64,000 nt of DNA from a virus: IMG/VR virus record IMGVR_UViG_3300018875_000003, positions 1-64,000 of that record, one strand, 5' to 3'. The notes below the pieces were generated by a model. The model saw nothing but the letters and a program-made list of their open reading frames with translations, did not search any database and was not told where the DNA came from. The position numbers and the translations under genes are program-made. Shown here piece by piece: positions 20,364 through 30,465 of the stretch (its first letter is position 1; every line of letters begins with the position of its first letter).

Positions 20364-21109
20364 GGACCATTTACATCTCTGGCCATAAAAGTGTACACCT
20401 CTGTAATCGGCTGCCCTTCGTAGGCTGTTCCGATGCCGACCTTCTGCATGCCGGTTAACTGAACGCCGTTGACAGTCTCGACAGTGATATTGGCTGCTGT
20501 GCGGAAGCCTGCAGCTGTCGTAGCAAACTGCTGCGCCGGATTCATCGCTTCACTGACTGCGCCGTAGTTGACTTTAATATCAAAGCCATACGGATCGGCC
20601 GGGAAGAATGTCGCTCCTCGATTGGTCAGCATGGAATCATCGGTCGATGTTCCCCAGAGCGCAGCTTCGTATTCCTGCGCGATCTGCTCGAAGCTTTCCT
20701 TTCCATACATCGTCAATATCTCATCCAGCTTGTACTTCTTGAAATCCTCTTTCTTAATAACACCTTCTGCTTGTGCTTGGTTGACGGCATAATTGATGGC
20801 TGTCGCATTCTGTAGCACTTGCTGCAGATAGCCTGTGCTTTTGAAGTTGATACTGAATTGCCCTTGCACCATGCGCCGCCCGCGCGCGACCGTATCCATC
20901 GTAAAGGAATGGTAGCCGAAGACCGGCAGCACCTCTTCGGTTAAGGCAAACTGAATGCCTGTTGCTTCCTCGATCCAGATGTCACCGAAGAACAGGTTAA
21001 CATCCGCTCCGGAAAAATAATCCTCATTGAAAATCTGATACTCGACTCGGGTGTCTGGCCGCTTATAAATGTTGCCTTGCGGAGCCGGACGCTTCCTTGA
21101 GTTCAACAT
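20348..21109 (-). CDS. Tail tube-fold protein (tube initiator-like paralogue)
   Basis: FSGADVNL...PVFGY...VARGRRMVQGQF parallels the tube protein motifs. Confidence 0.55.
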   Translation of the reverse strand: MLNSRKRPAPQGNIYKRPDTRVEYQIFNEDYFSGADVNLFFGDIWIEEATGIQFALTEEVLPVFGYHSFTMDTVARGRRMVQGQFSINFKSTGYLQQVLQNATAINYAVNQAQAEGVIKKEDFKKYKLDEILTMYGKESFEQIAQEYEAALWGTSTDDSMLTNRGATFFPADPYGFDIKVNYGAVSEAMNPAQQFATTAAGFRTAANITVETVNGVQLTGMQKVGIGTAYEGQPITEVYTFMARDVNGPLYVR

Positions 21110-21110
21110 G

Positions 21111-21596
21111 TTACTCCCTCACTTTCCGCATTGGATCAATATCCAGAGCATAAAATTCATACACGTTTTCAGTCAGCATACTGTTGATGCTCAGGGACAT
21201 ACCTTCGGTATATGTGGTGATGCCGTAGATCGTCTGCTTACTCTTTGACCCAAACTCGTTCGCCATGGAGATCGTAATGTCGAACATTGGCATCTCGTCC
21301 ATCATCATGTTGTAGCCCATCTTTCTGACTTCTTCCATCGCTTGCAGCACAATGCTCTCATCAAACATCGTGAAGCTCATGACGCCGGTGATTGTGCGCA
21401 TACCGCGCGTGAACCCCTTCATCGATATGCGTCCGAGGGCGCGTACAGGATACTTCTCACGGAAGATAGAAAAAGAAATGCTGGATAGCTCTCCGAATAC
21501 TTGCGGACCCTTTCCGGGTATATTGATTGTGGCAACAATGTCAGAACCAGAATAGCTGGTGAATGTGTGCATATAACCTTCGGTTGCTCTTTTCAT
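21111..21596 (-). CDS. Tail tube-fold paralogue
   Basis: YSGSDIVA...GELSSISFSIFREKYPV...GFTRGMRTITG...PMFDITISMANEFG is a clear paralogue of the 241-aa tube protein. Confidence 0.65.
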   Translation of the reverse strand: MKRATEGYMHTFTSYSGSDIVATINIPGKGPQVFGELSSISFSIFREKYPVRALGRISMKGFTRGMRTITGVMSFTMFDESIVLQAMEEVRKMGYNMMMDEMPMFDITISMANEFGSKSKQTIYGITTYTEGMSLSINSMLTENVYEFYALDIDPMRKVRE

Positions 21597-21621
21597 AGGT
21601 GAACCTCCTTTTCTGGTATGT

Positions 21622-21654
21622 AAAAAGGGCAGCCCCTGAATCGGAACTGCCCCT
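21622..21654 (-). terminator. Intrinsic terminator after the tail tube gene
   Basis: Minus strand reads GGGCAG-loop-CTGCCC followed by TTTTT. Confidence 0.65.
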
Positions 21655-21659
21655 GTACG

Positions 21660-22385
21660 TTACAGTACGGTTTTGAACAAGTCGCCTACAGTGGAGATCA
21701 TGCTGTCGGAGCCTTCGTTACGCAGGTTGTCTTTTGGACGAACACCTTTCAGCTTACGAGCAACGAACGTGTATGCCTTCGCTGTGATGACATCATCCAC
21801 GGAGAAACCGGAACCTTCATTGAGGATCTGGATACCGTAGATTTCCATACCCATGCGCTGGCCATATTCGTTCGCACCAGTGATGGTGATGTTGAACGGC
21901 ATCAATTGGTCAGCATATTCAGGAGTGTAGAAGCCTGTCAGATTCGCGTCATCGAACGTGTTGTTCGCGCCGGTCTTCGCATAACCCAGTCGGGTCATCT
22001 GATCATCCCAGGCACTGATGCCGTAGCCGCGCTCTGTGTTTTTCAGACCGAAGATCAGGTCGTCATCCATGTTTGCTTTGTATTGCTGAAAGGTCTGCAT
22101 TGCCGGCGCGCCGGAATACGTCTTCTCCATTTCGGAGATCAGAGCGTCGCGGTCGAATTGAGTGAATACGAGCGAGCCGCTGATACCACGTTTACCACGG
22201 GAGAACGAACGAGCGTCCGGAGAACCCATAGTGTAGATCGGAGCCACTTCACGAGTGACAGAATAGGTGATTGCTTGGAGTTCACCGATCAGTCGTCCGT
22301 TGAACGTAGCAACGATGTCTGCGCCGGAGAAGGAACTGAACGAGCGGGTGTAGTTCTCCATGCTTGTACCTGCATTGATAGACAT
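21660..22385 (-). CDS. Tail tube protein
   Basis: Immediately downstream of the sheath; motif FSGADIVATF...GELQAITYSVTRE...SRGKRGISGSLVF. Confidence 0.7.
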   Translation of the reverse strand: MSINAGTSMENYTRSFSSFSGADIVATFNGRLIGELQAITYSVTREVAPIYTMGSPDARSFSRGKRGISGSLVFTQFDRDALISEMEKTYSGAPAMQTFQQYKANMDDDLIFGLKNTERGYGISAWDDQMTRLGYAKTGANNTFDDANLTGFYTPEYADQLMPFNITITGANEYGQRMGMEIYGIQILNEGSGFSVDDVITAKAYTFVARKLKGVRPKDNLRNEGSDSMISTVGDLFKTVL

Positions 22386-22446
22386 TGATGTTTCACTCCT
22401 TTATTTATACCCGGAGGATTTCTCCCCCGGGATGTTTATGAGTTCG

Positions 22447-22469
22447 GTTTAACGCGTTATACCATACTC
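22447..22469 (-). promoter_or_regulatory. 23-bp motif right after the sheath stop codon (copy 1)
   Basis: GAGTATGGTATAACGCGTTAAAC is 22/23 identical to 38649-38671. Confidence 0.6.
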
Positions 22470-22473
22470 TGGA

Positions 22474-25245
22474 TTAGGAAGCTTTCAATACCACGGAAGC
22501 ATTGAACTTCTTCATCTCGTATTGTGGTACAAGCTCCAGTGTGACGAACGCGTTGCCCAGAACTTGGTCTGCCGCGCTGGAGAAGATCGTGAAGTTGAAG
22601 CGTTGGAGAACGCCTTTTTCCTTCAGAGCATCGAGACCAGCTTGGATTTCGGCGGACAGTGCGTTGCGCTGCGCCAGACCGTTCGGCAATCCAATGAATG
22701 GGTCAGCTTTCTTACGAACCAGCTGTACAGCGGTGTGAGTGATGCGCAGTGTAGACAGACGACCGTAGTCGGAGTTTACGCGGGCAGCAGTTACGCCGTC
22801 TTTTACTGTGATGGCACGAGTGGAGCCGGTTGTCGAGAATGCCTTCGTATCGAATGTCACGTAGCGACCGCCAATCAGTTGATTGTGCTGTGCTTCGGAC
22901 AGACGGTAGCGCAGGCCGTAAACGGATGTCAGCTGTTTGTTGGTAGTCGCCACTTCTGGGTTCAGTGTAGTGATCAGTGCGCCATACACGATTGCGCCAG
23001 GAGCTACGTAGTTACCGATCTTGTCGCTGGTGAGTCCAACTTCAGGTCCGAACACGACGCTTACATATCGACCAACGTCGATTGGCATGCCGCCATCGCT
23101 CAAGACATACTCATGTGTCGCTTCGTTGTACATGCTGTGAATGTTCACATAGTCCAGACGAATACCGGCACTTTCGTAAATCTTTTTCTTCTCGTCGCTG
23201 ATGTTGACTTCAACGCCTGTTGCGATGTCCACGTATTCCTGAACGCCCAGCAGTGTGGATTCCAGAGAAGGCGCCATGGCGATAACACCGATGGTCTCCC
23301 ATGTCTTCGCAGTAACAACAGCGCAGTGCTGAGCCAACTGTGTAGCGAAGTTTTTCTGAGGAACCAGAGGATCGATGATGGTGTTTGCGTAAGCATCAAC
23401 CAGAACGATCACGTCAACCGCGTAGTTTTCCAAGCGGCTGTAGATACCTTGAGTCAGCATCTTGGTGTTACCGAACTCGTCCACTTCATAAGTGCCGCCC
23501 AGTTTGTCGTACAGTTTAGACATGTCTTCCTGGTTCGAAGGATCGAACAGGCCGTTGTGTCCAAGCCATGGGTAGCGCTCAGCGGAATCGATTGGCTGCG
23601 TTGGGTCTTCTTTCAGAACGCCAGGGCTTTCTTCACCCAGATATACTGGATCTGTAGCCAGCAAGCCTTGAACTCTCACGCTGCCGAACTCGTTCGGGCA
23701 GAACAGCGTAACAACGTTGTTGTTCGGGTCAGTGTTCACGTATTGAACCAGTTGGCGCAACGTTCTTACAGCTGTCAGCGATTTGGTTTTGTACGTCAGG
23801 GCGTTATCCTGGGAAGTCAGCTTCTTCTCATCCGGCTTGTGGAACATGATGATTTTTTCTACGCCAGTTGGGTCTGTCGGATCAACCTTGATCTCTACGC
23901 GAACGCCGCGGATCGAGCCAGTGTCGAACTGGTCAGCCAGACTACCGTAAACCTCACCATCGTATTTGCCGTACACGGTCAGCTGCGGGTCAGATGCTGT
24001 GTTGCTGGAAGTTTTGTAACCAGCATACAGTTGCACGCCTACAGGCACAGAGCCAGCAAAGATCGTTACCTGTTTTTGAGAAAGCTGCAGGCCGTATCCT
24101 GTTGGATCAACAACAACTTTGTTTTGTCCATCCATGTAGAACACGGAGAACTGGTCGCTCATTGGAGCGTAGTTCAGATCGTAGATCGTATCCTGACCTG
24201 GAACTGTCATTGTTGTTTCAGCTTTGTTTGCGAAGGAAGTGTACCAAGCATATTCCACAGTAACCGTAACGTTACCGGTGATGTCTGGGTAGGTGCCTTT
24301 CGCTACTTCAGCATCATAGGCTGCTGTGAAGAAGATGCCGCCTTCTTTGTAGTCAGCTGCTGTAATAGGGTCTGTCAGCGGCTTGGCTGCGTTGAATCCT
24401 TTACCTACACGGTAGATCAGCTCACCTGTTGGTGTGGTCGAGGAGATGGTAGCGACTGTGCCAGTTCCATTGTCTTTAACAACAACGATTGGTACGTGTC
24501 CGCTCTCCAGTCGATCCGACCAGTTTTTACGTGCAGAATAGAAGTAGTGGTTTTGCTGAACGTCACGAGTCAGTGTGTAATCAGGGTCTGTGTAATCCGG
24601 AGCACCTTGTGCATCCGTCTTTGGAACCATGGTGTACACGTAGTTCTCGTAATCGAAGGACATTTTCACAGTGTTGCCTGGGCGCATTTTGTCAGCGTAG
24701 AAGTACGCTTTCTCCTGTCCGGCCACACTTGCATCCACGTTGCGAACCGCGCCTGCGATAGCTTTGGATACGCCTGTGTTTTTGTCGATCTCGTTTACAG
24801 CGACTTCGCCAACGAAGCGTCCGCCAGCTGGTACGTTCAGGTCTGCTGCGAATGCAGTGTTTCCTTTTGCGTAGTCCAGGAACTGCTCGGTTGCACGAGC
24901 CAGGTCTTTGGCTTTCAGGATCGTCATTGCGGATTTGCCATCCACGCGGATCAGGCGGATATCGTCATTGCCAGCCAGAATCGATTCGTACATGCCGCGC
25001 ACCAGAGACGAACCATTTGGTTCTTTCGTAGTACGGCTAATCATGCCACCGAACAATTTATCGACTGCTTTGATACCCAGCTCACGAACGGATACTGGCT
25101 CACCAGTTGGGCCGTCCACCGCACTACCGATAATCAGCTTGGACTGTGTAGTCGCAGTTTGTTGAGAATTACTGGAGAACAGATTGCCATCTTCATAGGT
25201 GACTTTTACCCCAGGCAGATTCTCGTACTTGTCAGTAGTTGCCAT
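22474..25245 (-). CDS. Contractile tail sheath protein
   Basis: N-terminal LPGVKVTYED...IIGSAVDGP and C-terminal VKDGVTAA...RLSTLRI...FVTLELVP are sheath-like; 923 aa, upstream of the tube. Confidence 0.8.
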   Translation of the reverse strand: MATTDKYENLPGVKVTYEDGNLFSSNSQQTATTQSKLIIGSAVDGPTGEPVSVRELGIKAVDKLFGGMISRTTKEPNGSSLVRGMYESILAGNDDIRLIRVDGKSAMTILKAKDLARATEQFLDYAKGNTAFAADLNVPAGGRFVGEVAVNEIDKNTGVSKAIAGAVRNVDASVAGQEKAYFYADKMRPGNTVKMSFDYENYVYTMVPKTDAQGAPDYTDPDYTLTRDVQQNHYFYSARKNWSDRLESGHVPIVVVKDNGTGTVATISSTTPTGELIYRVGKGFNAAKPLTDPITAADYKEGGIFFTAAYDAEVAKGTYPDITGNVTVTVEYAWYTSFANKAETTMTVPGQDTIYDLNYAPMSDQFSVFYMDGQNKVVVDPTGYGLQLSQKQVTIFAGSVPVGVQLYAGYKTSSNTASDPQLTVYGKYDGEVYGSLADQFDTGSIRGVRVEIKVDPTDPTGVEKIIMFHKPDEKKLTSQDNALTYKTKSLTAVRTLRQLVQYVNTDPNNNVVTLFCPNEFGSVRVQGLLATDPVYLGEESPGVLKEDPTQPIDSAERYPWLGHNGLFDPSNQEDMSKLYDKLGGTYEVDEFGNTKMLTQGIYSRLENYAVDVIVLVDAYANTIIDPLVPQKNFATQLAQHCAVVTAKTWETIGVIAMAPSLESTLLGVQEYVDIATGVEVNISDEKKKIYESAGIRLDYVNIHSMYNEATHEYVLSDGGMPIDVGRYVSVVFGPEVGLTSDKIGNYVAPGAIVYGALITTLNPEVATTNKQLTSVYGLRYRLSEAQHNQLIGGRYVTFDTKAFSTTGSTRAITVKDGVTAARVNSDYGRLSTLRITHTAVQLVRKKADPFIGLPNGLAQRNALSAEIQAGLDALKEKGVLQRFNFTIFSSAADQVLGNAFVTLELVPQYEMKKFNASVVLKAS

Positions 25246-25248
25246 TGT

Positions 25249-25887
25249 TTATTCATCCTCCTTAAAAGGTTGCTCACTTGTTTTTTGCGAATCGAGGTCT
25301 TTGGCTTGAACTGCGATTTGCTCAATGCGTCCTGGGAATCTCGGAGTGATTTTCTCAAAGCGCATCATATATTGGATCGGACGGGCCGGGACATTTATCC
25401 GTTGGTCCGAGATCACCACATCTTCCAGCTGGTCGAGGAACATCAGCTCATGCACGCCGTTCTGCTTGAAGTGGCCGGTATAGGAGAAGATAAAATCCTC
25501 CAGCTCCGCAGCCAGCTCGTCCGCTTCTTCGGCTGATCTCCCGTGCACAAGGAATTGAATCGTAAACCTGAACATCTGCCCCCATAACTCCACGATTTCT
25601 CCGGGAATGTAGGGATGATAGATTTGCGTTCGCAGCCTTGGCTTACGATCACCGAAGTCTGGATCAATCTCTCGATAGATCAGACGAAACGTGATTAAAG
25701 GGAGATCTGCTTCGTCTTTGAGCGGCTGGTGTCTTTTGATCGACCCTTTCTTTCCGGCCAGCTTCCATAGGCGATTCATTTCATCAATGAAACCCAGGAA
25801 GGACATCGGCTTATCCGCCCGCAGGCGGTTGTCCAGATAAGGGTCTTTCGTTGGATCATATCCTTCTGGATACGGGAATTTCGCCAT
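25249..25887 (-). CDS. Tail terminator/completion-like protein
   Basis: Upstream of the sheath; IQFLVHGRSAEEADELAAELED pattern. Confidence 0.5.
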   Translation of the reverse strand: MAKFPYPEGYDPTKDPYLDNRLRADKPMSFLGFIDEMNRLWKLAGKKGSIKRHQPLKDEADLPLITFRLIYREIDPDFGDRKPRLRTQIYHPYIPGEIVELWGQMFRFTIQFLVHGRSAEEADELAAELEDFIFSYTGHFKQNGVHELMFLDQLEDVVISDQRINVPARPIQYMMRFEKITPRFPGRIEQIAVQAKDLDSQKTSEQPFKEDE

Positions 25888-26927
25888 TACTTTCTCACCC
25901 TCACTTGTGAAGTCTGTTTCATCGCATACACCGAAAACACTGGCACAATCTCAATCTCAATATCGATTTTTCCTCGAAGCATATCCGGCGTTAGTCCATA
26001 GTCGTAACGTCGTACACGCTGAGCATCGACGTAGCTTTCCAGAATCGATTCCACGATCGCTTCTGCTTCGGATAGGATGTATTCCATCCCAAGCCGGCCT
26101 ACATAAACCTGCAGGCGATCCGCGAGTTCTTGGATAAGAAACTGGGCAATACGGAGATTGGAGATATGCTTGCTTGCGCTATCGGGCGTTGCAACAGCAC
26201 AGCTGGATGAGGTGCAGACGACGCCTTTTTTCAGGCTGTCCTTGAAGCAGACGATCCCAGCAGCCCGAAGCTCCAGGATGTCTTCTTTGGAAAGCTCCTT
26301 GTTTAACTTGACCAGCAGGGTCTTATTAACAGGGCTTATTTCTGGATTCAATGAAGCAACGAGTCCGGCGTATACGGCTGCCGCAGAATGGTCTTTGACC
26401 TGATTCAGCACGACAGACATGTATTTTCCCAGCTCCTCTTCTCCGTCCTCAGTGATTTGAGTCAGGTTAGCGATCGCAGGGTAGATTGCACGGATGCCTT
26501 CCATGGAATCCAGGTCTTTCAGATCAAAGAACCCGTGTATAAGCTGTCCTTCATACTCTTTATCCTGGGCGAACTTTATGAACAGCTCGATGGCCTCCGG
26601 ATGAGTGTTAAAGAAAACATCGTCGATATAGATCAGATCGAAGGGGAATTTGATCAGCGCACTAAACGCTGTTTGTAACGCGTTACGTTCTACCCTCATA
26701 AGATAGGCGCCTACGTTCCCTCCGACCGATAAATCTTTGAATCGCTCAATTAAAGGTCCTTCTCCGAAGATAGCCTGCGCCAGGCTGATACTCGTGACTG
26801 CCACGGGATCGTACATAGCGCCTGCTGTGGACTCCCCGAGGATGATAATCCTTTTGCCCATTGTTAGCGTTGTGCTGAAATAGGCGTGGGGTAGTCGTGA
26901 ATAATCAATACTTGGTGAGGGCTGCAT
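25887..26927 (-). CDS. Short sheath paralogue
   Basis: RIIILGES...AIFGEGPL and HISNLRIAQ...IEIEIVPVF mirror the sheath N- and C-terminal cores. Start moved to ATG 26927 behind GGAGG. Confidence 0.6.
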   Translation of the reverse strand: MQPSPSIDYSRLPHAYFSTTLTMGKRIIILGESTAGAMYDPVAVTSISLAQAIFGEGPLIERFKDLSVGGNVGAYLMRVERNALQTAFSALIKFPFDLIYIDDVFFNTHPEAIELFIKFAQDKEYEGQLIHGFFDLKDLDSMEGIRAIYPAIANLTQITEDGEEELGKYMSVVLNQVKDHSAAAVYAGLVASLNPEISPVNKTLLVKLNKELSKEDILELRAAGIVCFKDSLKKGVVCTSSSCAVATPDSASKHISNLRIAQFLIQELADRLQVYVGRLGMEYILSEAEAIVESILESYVDAQRVRRYDYGLTPDMLRGKIDIEIEIVPVFSVYAMKQTSQVRVRK

Positions 26928-27390
26928 CGTCTCCCGCCTCCCCCATTTCATATTTAACATAGACGGTCCAGAACTCGACTCTACCGCCAAGCCCATAAAG
27001 CGGATTCGCTACACTGATCATATGCTTTTGCATAATGCGAGCCGGGATGTTTTTCTCCCAGACCACTTCGAGGATCAGGTCGTTTTCCTTTGGACTCACA
27101 TCATATTCGAAGTAGTACACATACTGCTTCGGAACGACGTTACCAAAGGTCGCGCTCATGTTGTTGTTTGGAAGCGACTCTGGAACGGCGCTAATCTTCC
27201 TGCGTGTTCTTGCTTTTTGCAAGGTAACAACATAGGAGGTGCCGAAGCACTTCGGGCAGTCGCTTGTTGCTTCCCCACTTCTTTCGGAGTAGCAGGTGCA
27301 TCGGAATCGTGTATCGCGGCGAACATAGACGATATCGTGCGCATACTGGTCGAATAGCTTCGACAGGTCTGCTCTCAGGTCTCTACTCAT
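26905..27390 (-). CDS. Head closure/neck protein with Cys cluster
   Basis: Neck-region position; CTC...CPKCFG. Confidence 0.45.
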   Translation of the reverse strand: MSRDLRADLSKLFDQYAHDIVYVRRDTRFRCTCYSERSGEATSDCPKCFGTSYVVTLQKARTRRKISAVPESLPNNNMSATFGNVVPKQYVYYFEYDVSPKENDLILEVVWEKNIPARIMQKHMISVANPLYGLGGRVEFWTVYVKYEMGEAGDDAALTKY

Positions 27391-28202
27391 TAGGAAAGAC
27401 TCCGATCTTCTGGCGTCGTGCCGTTATTCACTCTCATCGATGCGCTGACTGGGGTCGCAAAGCCGCGTTTATTCTGACCCATCATGGAATCCAGCCAGAA
27501 TTTATGCTGACCAGACAAGGCGTCGAGCGCACTGCTGATTAGCTTGGCTGGGGCTGTCGCACTGGACGAGCCGCCCGTGGTGGAGGATGATCCGCCTGGT
27601 GTGATGTGTAAATCACCCAGTTGAACTTCATCGCCGCCATTCACGCTGATTGCTTCAGTCGGATTACCGATATTTTGCTGCTCCATCACGCTGACAAGCA
27701 GGGAAGATAGCAAGCTTTTGGCAGCCTCATATACTACGAACTTTTGGGTTGGATAGTAAGAGGTGTCCCGTTCCACCAGCAGCTTAAAACGGCTGTTGTT
27801 GGCATCGATAACATAGTTCTGCAATTGATGTGCCTTTTGCCCGGCATCGCGCAGGGCGACGTACAGCTCATAGACCGAGAAATACGTGATTAGCTGTCGC
27901 AATAGGGGCCGAAGCTCGACTGGCTTGGCGTACAGGGGGCTGAACTCTGAACTCAGTGTTGATACGCTGGTTGCTTCCATCGTGCTGCCTGCTGTGCTTT
28001 CAACGCCGTCCACGACTACAGTGTAATTGTGATTCAACATGATCTGCTCTTTAGGCTTCACGATCAGCTTGCGAACCGGCTGTCCCTTTTCCTGGGCTTC
28101 TTCAATCGGCATTTCCGTTCCATCGTCCAGGAGCACGAATAAATCGGCTTCCATCCCGAACATACTGGGCGGAATATAGTCTTTATATCCAATGTCCATC
28201 AT
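27390..28202 (-). CDS. Head-tail adaptor-like virion protein
   Basis: Neck-region position; translationally coupled ORF. Confidence 0.4.
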   Translation of the reverse strand: MMDIGYKDYIPPSMFGMEADLFVLLDDGTEMPIEEAQEKGQPVRKLIVKPKEQIMLNHNYTVVVDGVESTAGSTMEATSVSTLSSEFSPLYAKPVELRPLLRQLITYFSVYELYVALRDAGQKAHQLQNYVIDANNSRFKLLVERDTSYYPTQKFVVYEAAKSLLSSLLVSVMEQQNIGNPTEAISVNGGDEVQLGDLHITPGGSSSTTGGSSSATAPAKLISSALDALSGQHKFWLDSMMGQNKRGFATPVSASMRVNNGTTPEDRSLS

Positions 28203-28777
28203 TTCACCACCTTTTCTAAAGTTCGCAGCAGCGTTCCGTTCGGATGAATAAACTCGAACTGGTAGGTGCCGGGATACAAGGATGTAGTCCAGTGTCCCTG
28301 AGCATCGGTCGTTGCTGTGCTGATCAGACTCGTTTTATCCTGATTCCATATGCGGACAGTCGCTGATTGGACAGGCCCGCCTGCTATGACCACCGTTGTA
28401 GGCAGCCCTGCTGGAGTCAAAATAGAAAGGTCAGATACCGCTACTTTCTGAATAGGTGTAGATGGCGATGTAATACTGGAACCGATGACCGTAAACCGCT
28501 CATGGGTCGCATATGATTCGCCGTCGATGGTGGCTTCGTAAGTGATTACATAGTGTCCGGGAGCGAAGCTCTCAGGCACAGTAAAACTCTTCATATAGAG
28601 ACCATTTTTTGCTTCTTCAAGTGTAGCACGGGCTACTTCGATAAGACCATTTTGACCATATTGCTCAAGCAAAGCGGTGGGGCTGAAATCAGCGGAGATA
28701 GGCATGCTTTCTTCATCATAGGTCAATAATTCTAAGATAATCTCTTGGTTTTTCGCATATTCTCCAATGTGCTTCAT
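28199..28777 (-). CDS. Virion structural protein with beta-sandwich domains
   Basis: ATTDAQGHWTTSLYPGTYQF is a prealbumin-like pattern; structural operon context. Confidence 0.45.
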   Translation of the reverse strand: MKHIGEYAKNQEIILELLTYDEESMPISADFSPTALLEQYGQNGLIEVARATLEEAKNGLYMKSFTVPESFAPGHYVITYEATIDGESYATHERFTVIGSSITSPSTPIQKVAVSDLSILTPAGLPTTVVIAGGPVQSATVRIWNQDKTSLISTATTDAQGHWTTSLYPGTYQFEFIHPNGTLLRTLEKVVK

Positions 28778-28836
28778 TACGGCACCTTCCTTTGCTGATT
28801 TTTATGTAGTTCCCCTCATAATGAGGGGAGTTTTCG

Positions 28837-30150
28837 TTACTCGGCGTTGTTCACATGGTACTTGATGGTGATGACGTCGCCGGCGATTAAAGTCGTTCCG
28901 TCACCCATACCGAAGTCGATGGTCAGGCCACCCGCAACTTCTGCATAGTGCAGGCCTTCGTTTTGCAGCAGGCCATTCACGTATACGTCCAAGGATTGAT
29001 CGCCCACTTGATACGCCGGAAGGTCAGTCACATTGAAGTCCGCAATGGCAACTGTAGATTCGCCGCCAACAGCCTGGAAGTACGCTTTGTGGTGGCGATG
29101 GATATCTTTGCCGGCTTTCAGCGCTCCGTCTTCGTTGTGTGCGCGATCAAGACGTGTGTCCAGCGCTTGCTCGGCTGCTTCTGCGCGAGTCTTTTCGTCA
29201 GCTACCTTTTGAACCAGGTTGGCTGTATCGGCTTCCAGACGATCAACCAGAGCTGCGTGGGTGCCAGTCAGTGTCGATACGCGCGCAGCGTCTACTTCGG
29301 TTTGCGTAGTGCTTCCGCCGTTGGACAGATTGTCCAGCGCAGTGTGAATCTCAGCCAGTACTGCTTCTACGGTCGCGCCCGTGAAGTTGCCAGCGGCATC
29401 CTGGACGCCGATTGCACCTGCGCCCTTGCCTGCTTCTGTACTAGCCAGATCGTCGCGGATCGCTTTGTCTGCAGCAAGACGGGCTTCAATCTCCTCTGCC
29501 ATTTGCTGAACGATGGCTTTCGGCAGATTGCCGTTGCCGTCACGGTCCAAGGAGAAGCCTGCGCCGTAAAGATCCTGCGCCAGCTGGTTGATGTTCAGGT
29601 GTGCAGTAGCATCAGCCGTACCTTCAGCAAATTTTTCATTTGCTGCAAACATCTCGGATACGGACTGAAGGTTGAAGCGCTTCAGGTATTGCCAGTCGAT
29701 TTTCTGACCAGCAGGCATCGTGAATGTCACTTCTCCTGCGCCGTCCGGAACATAGAATTTCAGAACGAAGACGCCATTCTCAAATGTCATGCGGCCGTAT
29801 ACCTCTTGATCCTTGTCGTCCAGGATCGGTTCGCCGGTTACAGCATCACGGATGATGACCTTGTTCTTCGGCGCATCAATGATGACACCTTCGCCAGACA
29901 ATGGGTCAGACAACACGTTGGGTACAGTTGCCGGAATGATCGCGGATACGTCCAGATTGGCAACGCCAGCTACGTCTGTAGCAATGACCTGAATATAGTC
30001 AGCGACTTTCTTGGTTTCCAGAGCTGCCTGATAATGCCCGTTCCAGTCTACCGCGAGCTTGGACTCTGCAATTGCAGCATTGTCTGCAATGTGTTCGTTT
30101 TTCAGAGCCAGATTTTTAATTTGTTCACCACGGATACGAGAAATTGCCAT
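28837..30150 (-). CDS. Fibre/whisker-like virion protein
   Basis: Coiled-coil centre and a C-terminal VYVNGLLQNEGLHY module. Confidence 0.5.
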   Translation of the reverse strand: MAISRIRGEQIKNLALKNEHIADNAAIAESKLAVDWNGHYQAALETKKVADYIQVIATDVAGVANLDVSAIIPATVPNVLSDPLSGEGVIIDAPKNKVIIRDAVTGEPILDDKDQEVYGRMTFENGVFVLKFYVPDGAGEVTFTMPAGQKIDWQYLKRFNLQSVSEMFAANEKFAEGTADATAHLNINQLAQDLYGAGFSLDRDGNGNLPKAIVQQMAEEIEARLAADKAIRDDLASTEAGKGAGAIGVQDAAGNFTGATVEAVLAEIHTALDNLSNGGSTTQTEVDAARVSTLTGTHAALVDRLEADTANLVQKVADEKTRAEAAEQALDTRLDRAHNEDGALKAGKDIHRHHKAYFQAVGGESTVAIADFNVTDLPAYQVGDQSLDVYVNGLLQNEGLHYAEVAGGLTIDFGMGDGTTLIAGDVITIKYHVNNAE

Positions 30151-30165
30151 GGATGTGTCACTCCT

Positions 30166-30459
30166 TTAGAGGATTAATATATAGTCACAAATCACGACAT
30201 CCTCAGCGTCCAGTGGAAAGTTAAACCGGAAGCTGTTCTTGCTCAGCTCCACATAGTCGTTATCTTCGCCGGCGTGCATCCGCATTCCGTTTAAGCTAAC
30301 AAAGAGTGTTCCTGACACAAATACATTCTTCGTTTGAAAGGTTTGGCTGTCCTCAGATGCTGGAATGGGTGATTCATTTCTAACGGATGTCATTTGGTTC
30401 GTCACGCGAACCGCCATTGCGTTGCTGCCCCTTTTCCTAATCTCAGCCAAGCTTCTCAT
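30166..30459 (-). CDS. Small virion protein (single Ig-like module)
   Basis: VSLNGMRM..G.DNDY module shared with neighbours. Confidence 0.45.
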   Translation of the reverse strand: MRSLAEIRKRGSNAMAVRVTNQMTSVRNESPIPASEDSQTFQTKNVFVSGTLFVSLNGMRMHAGEDNDYVELSKNSFRFNFPLDAEDVVICDYILIL

Positions 30460-30465
30460 CCTCTC

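Noticed and set aside
22522-25536. 1004-aa plus-strand ORF
   Set aside because: Antisense shadow of the sheath gene caused by codon bias; no RBS or recognisable motifs.
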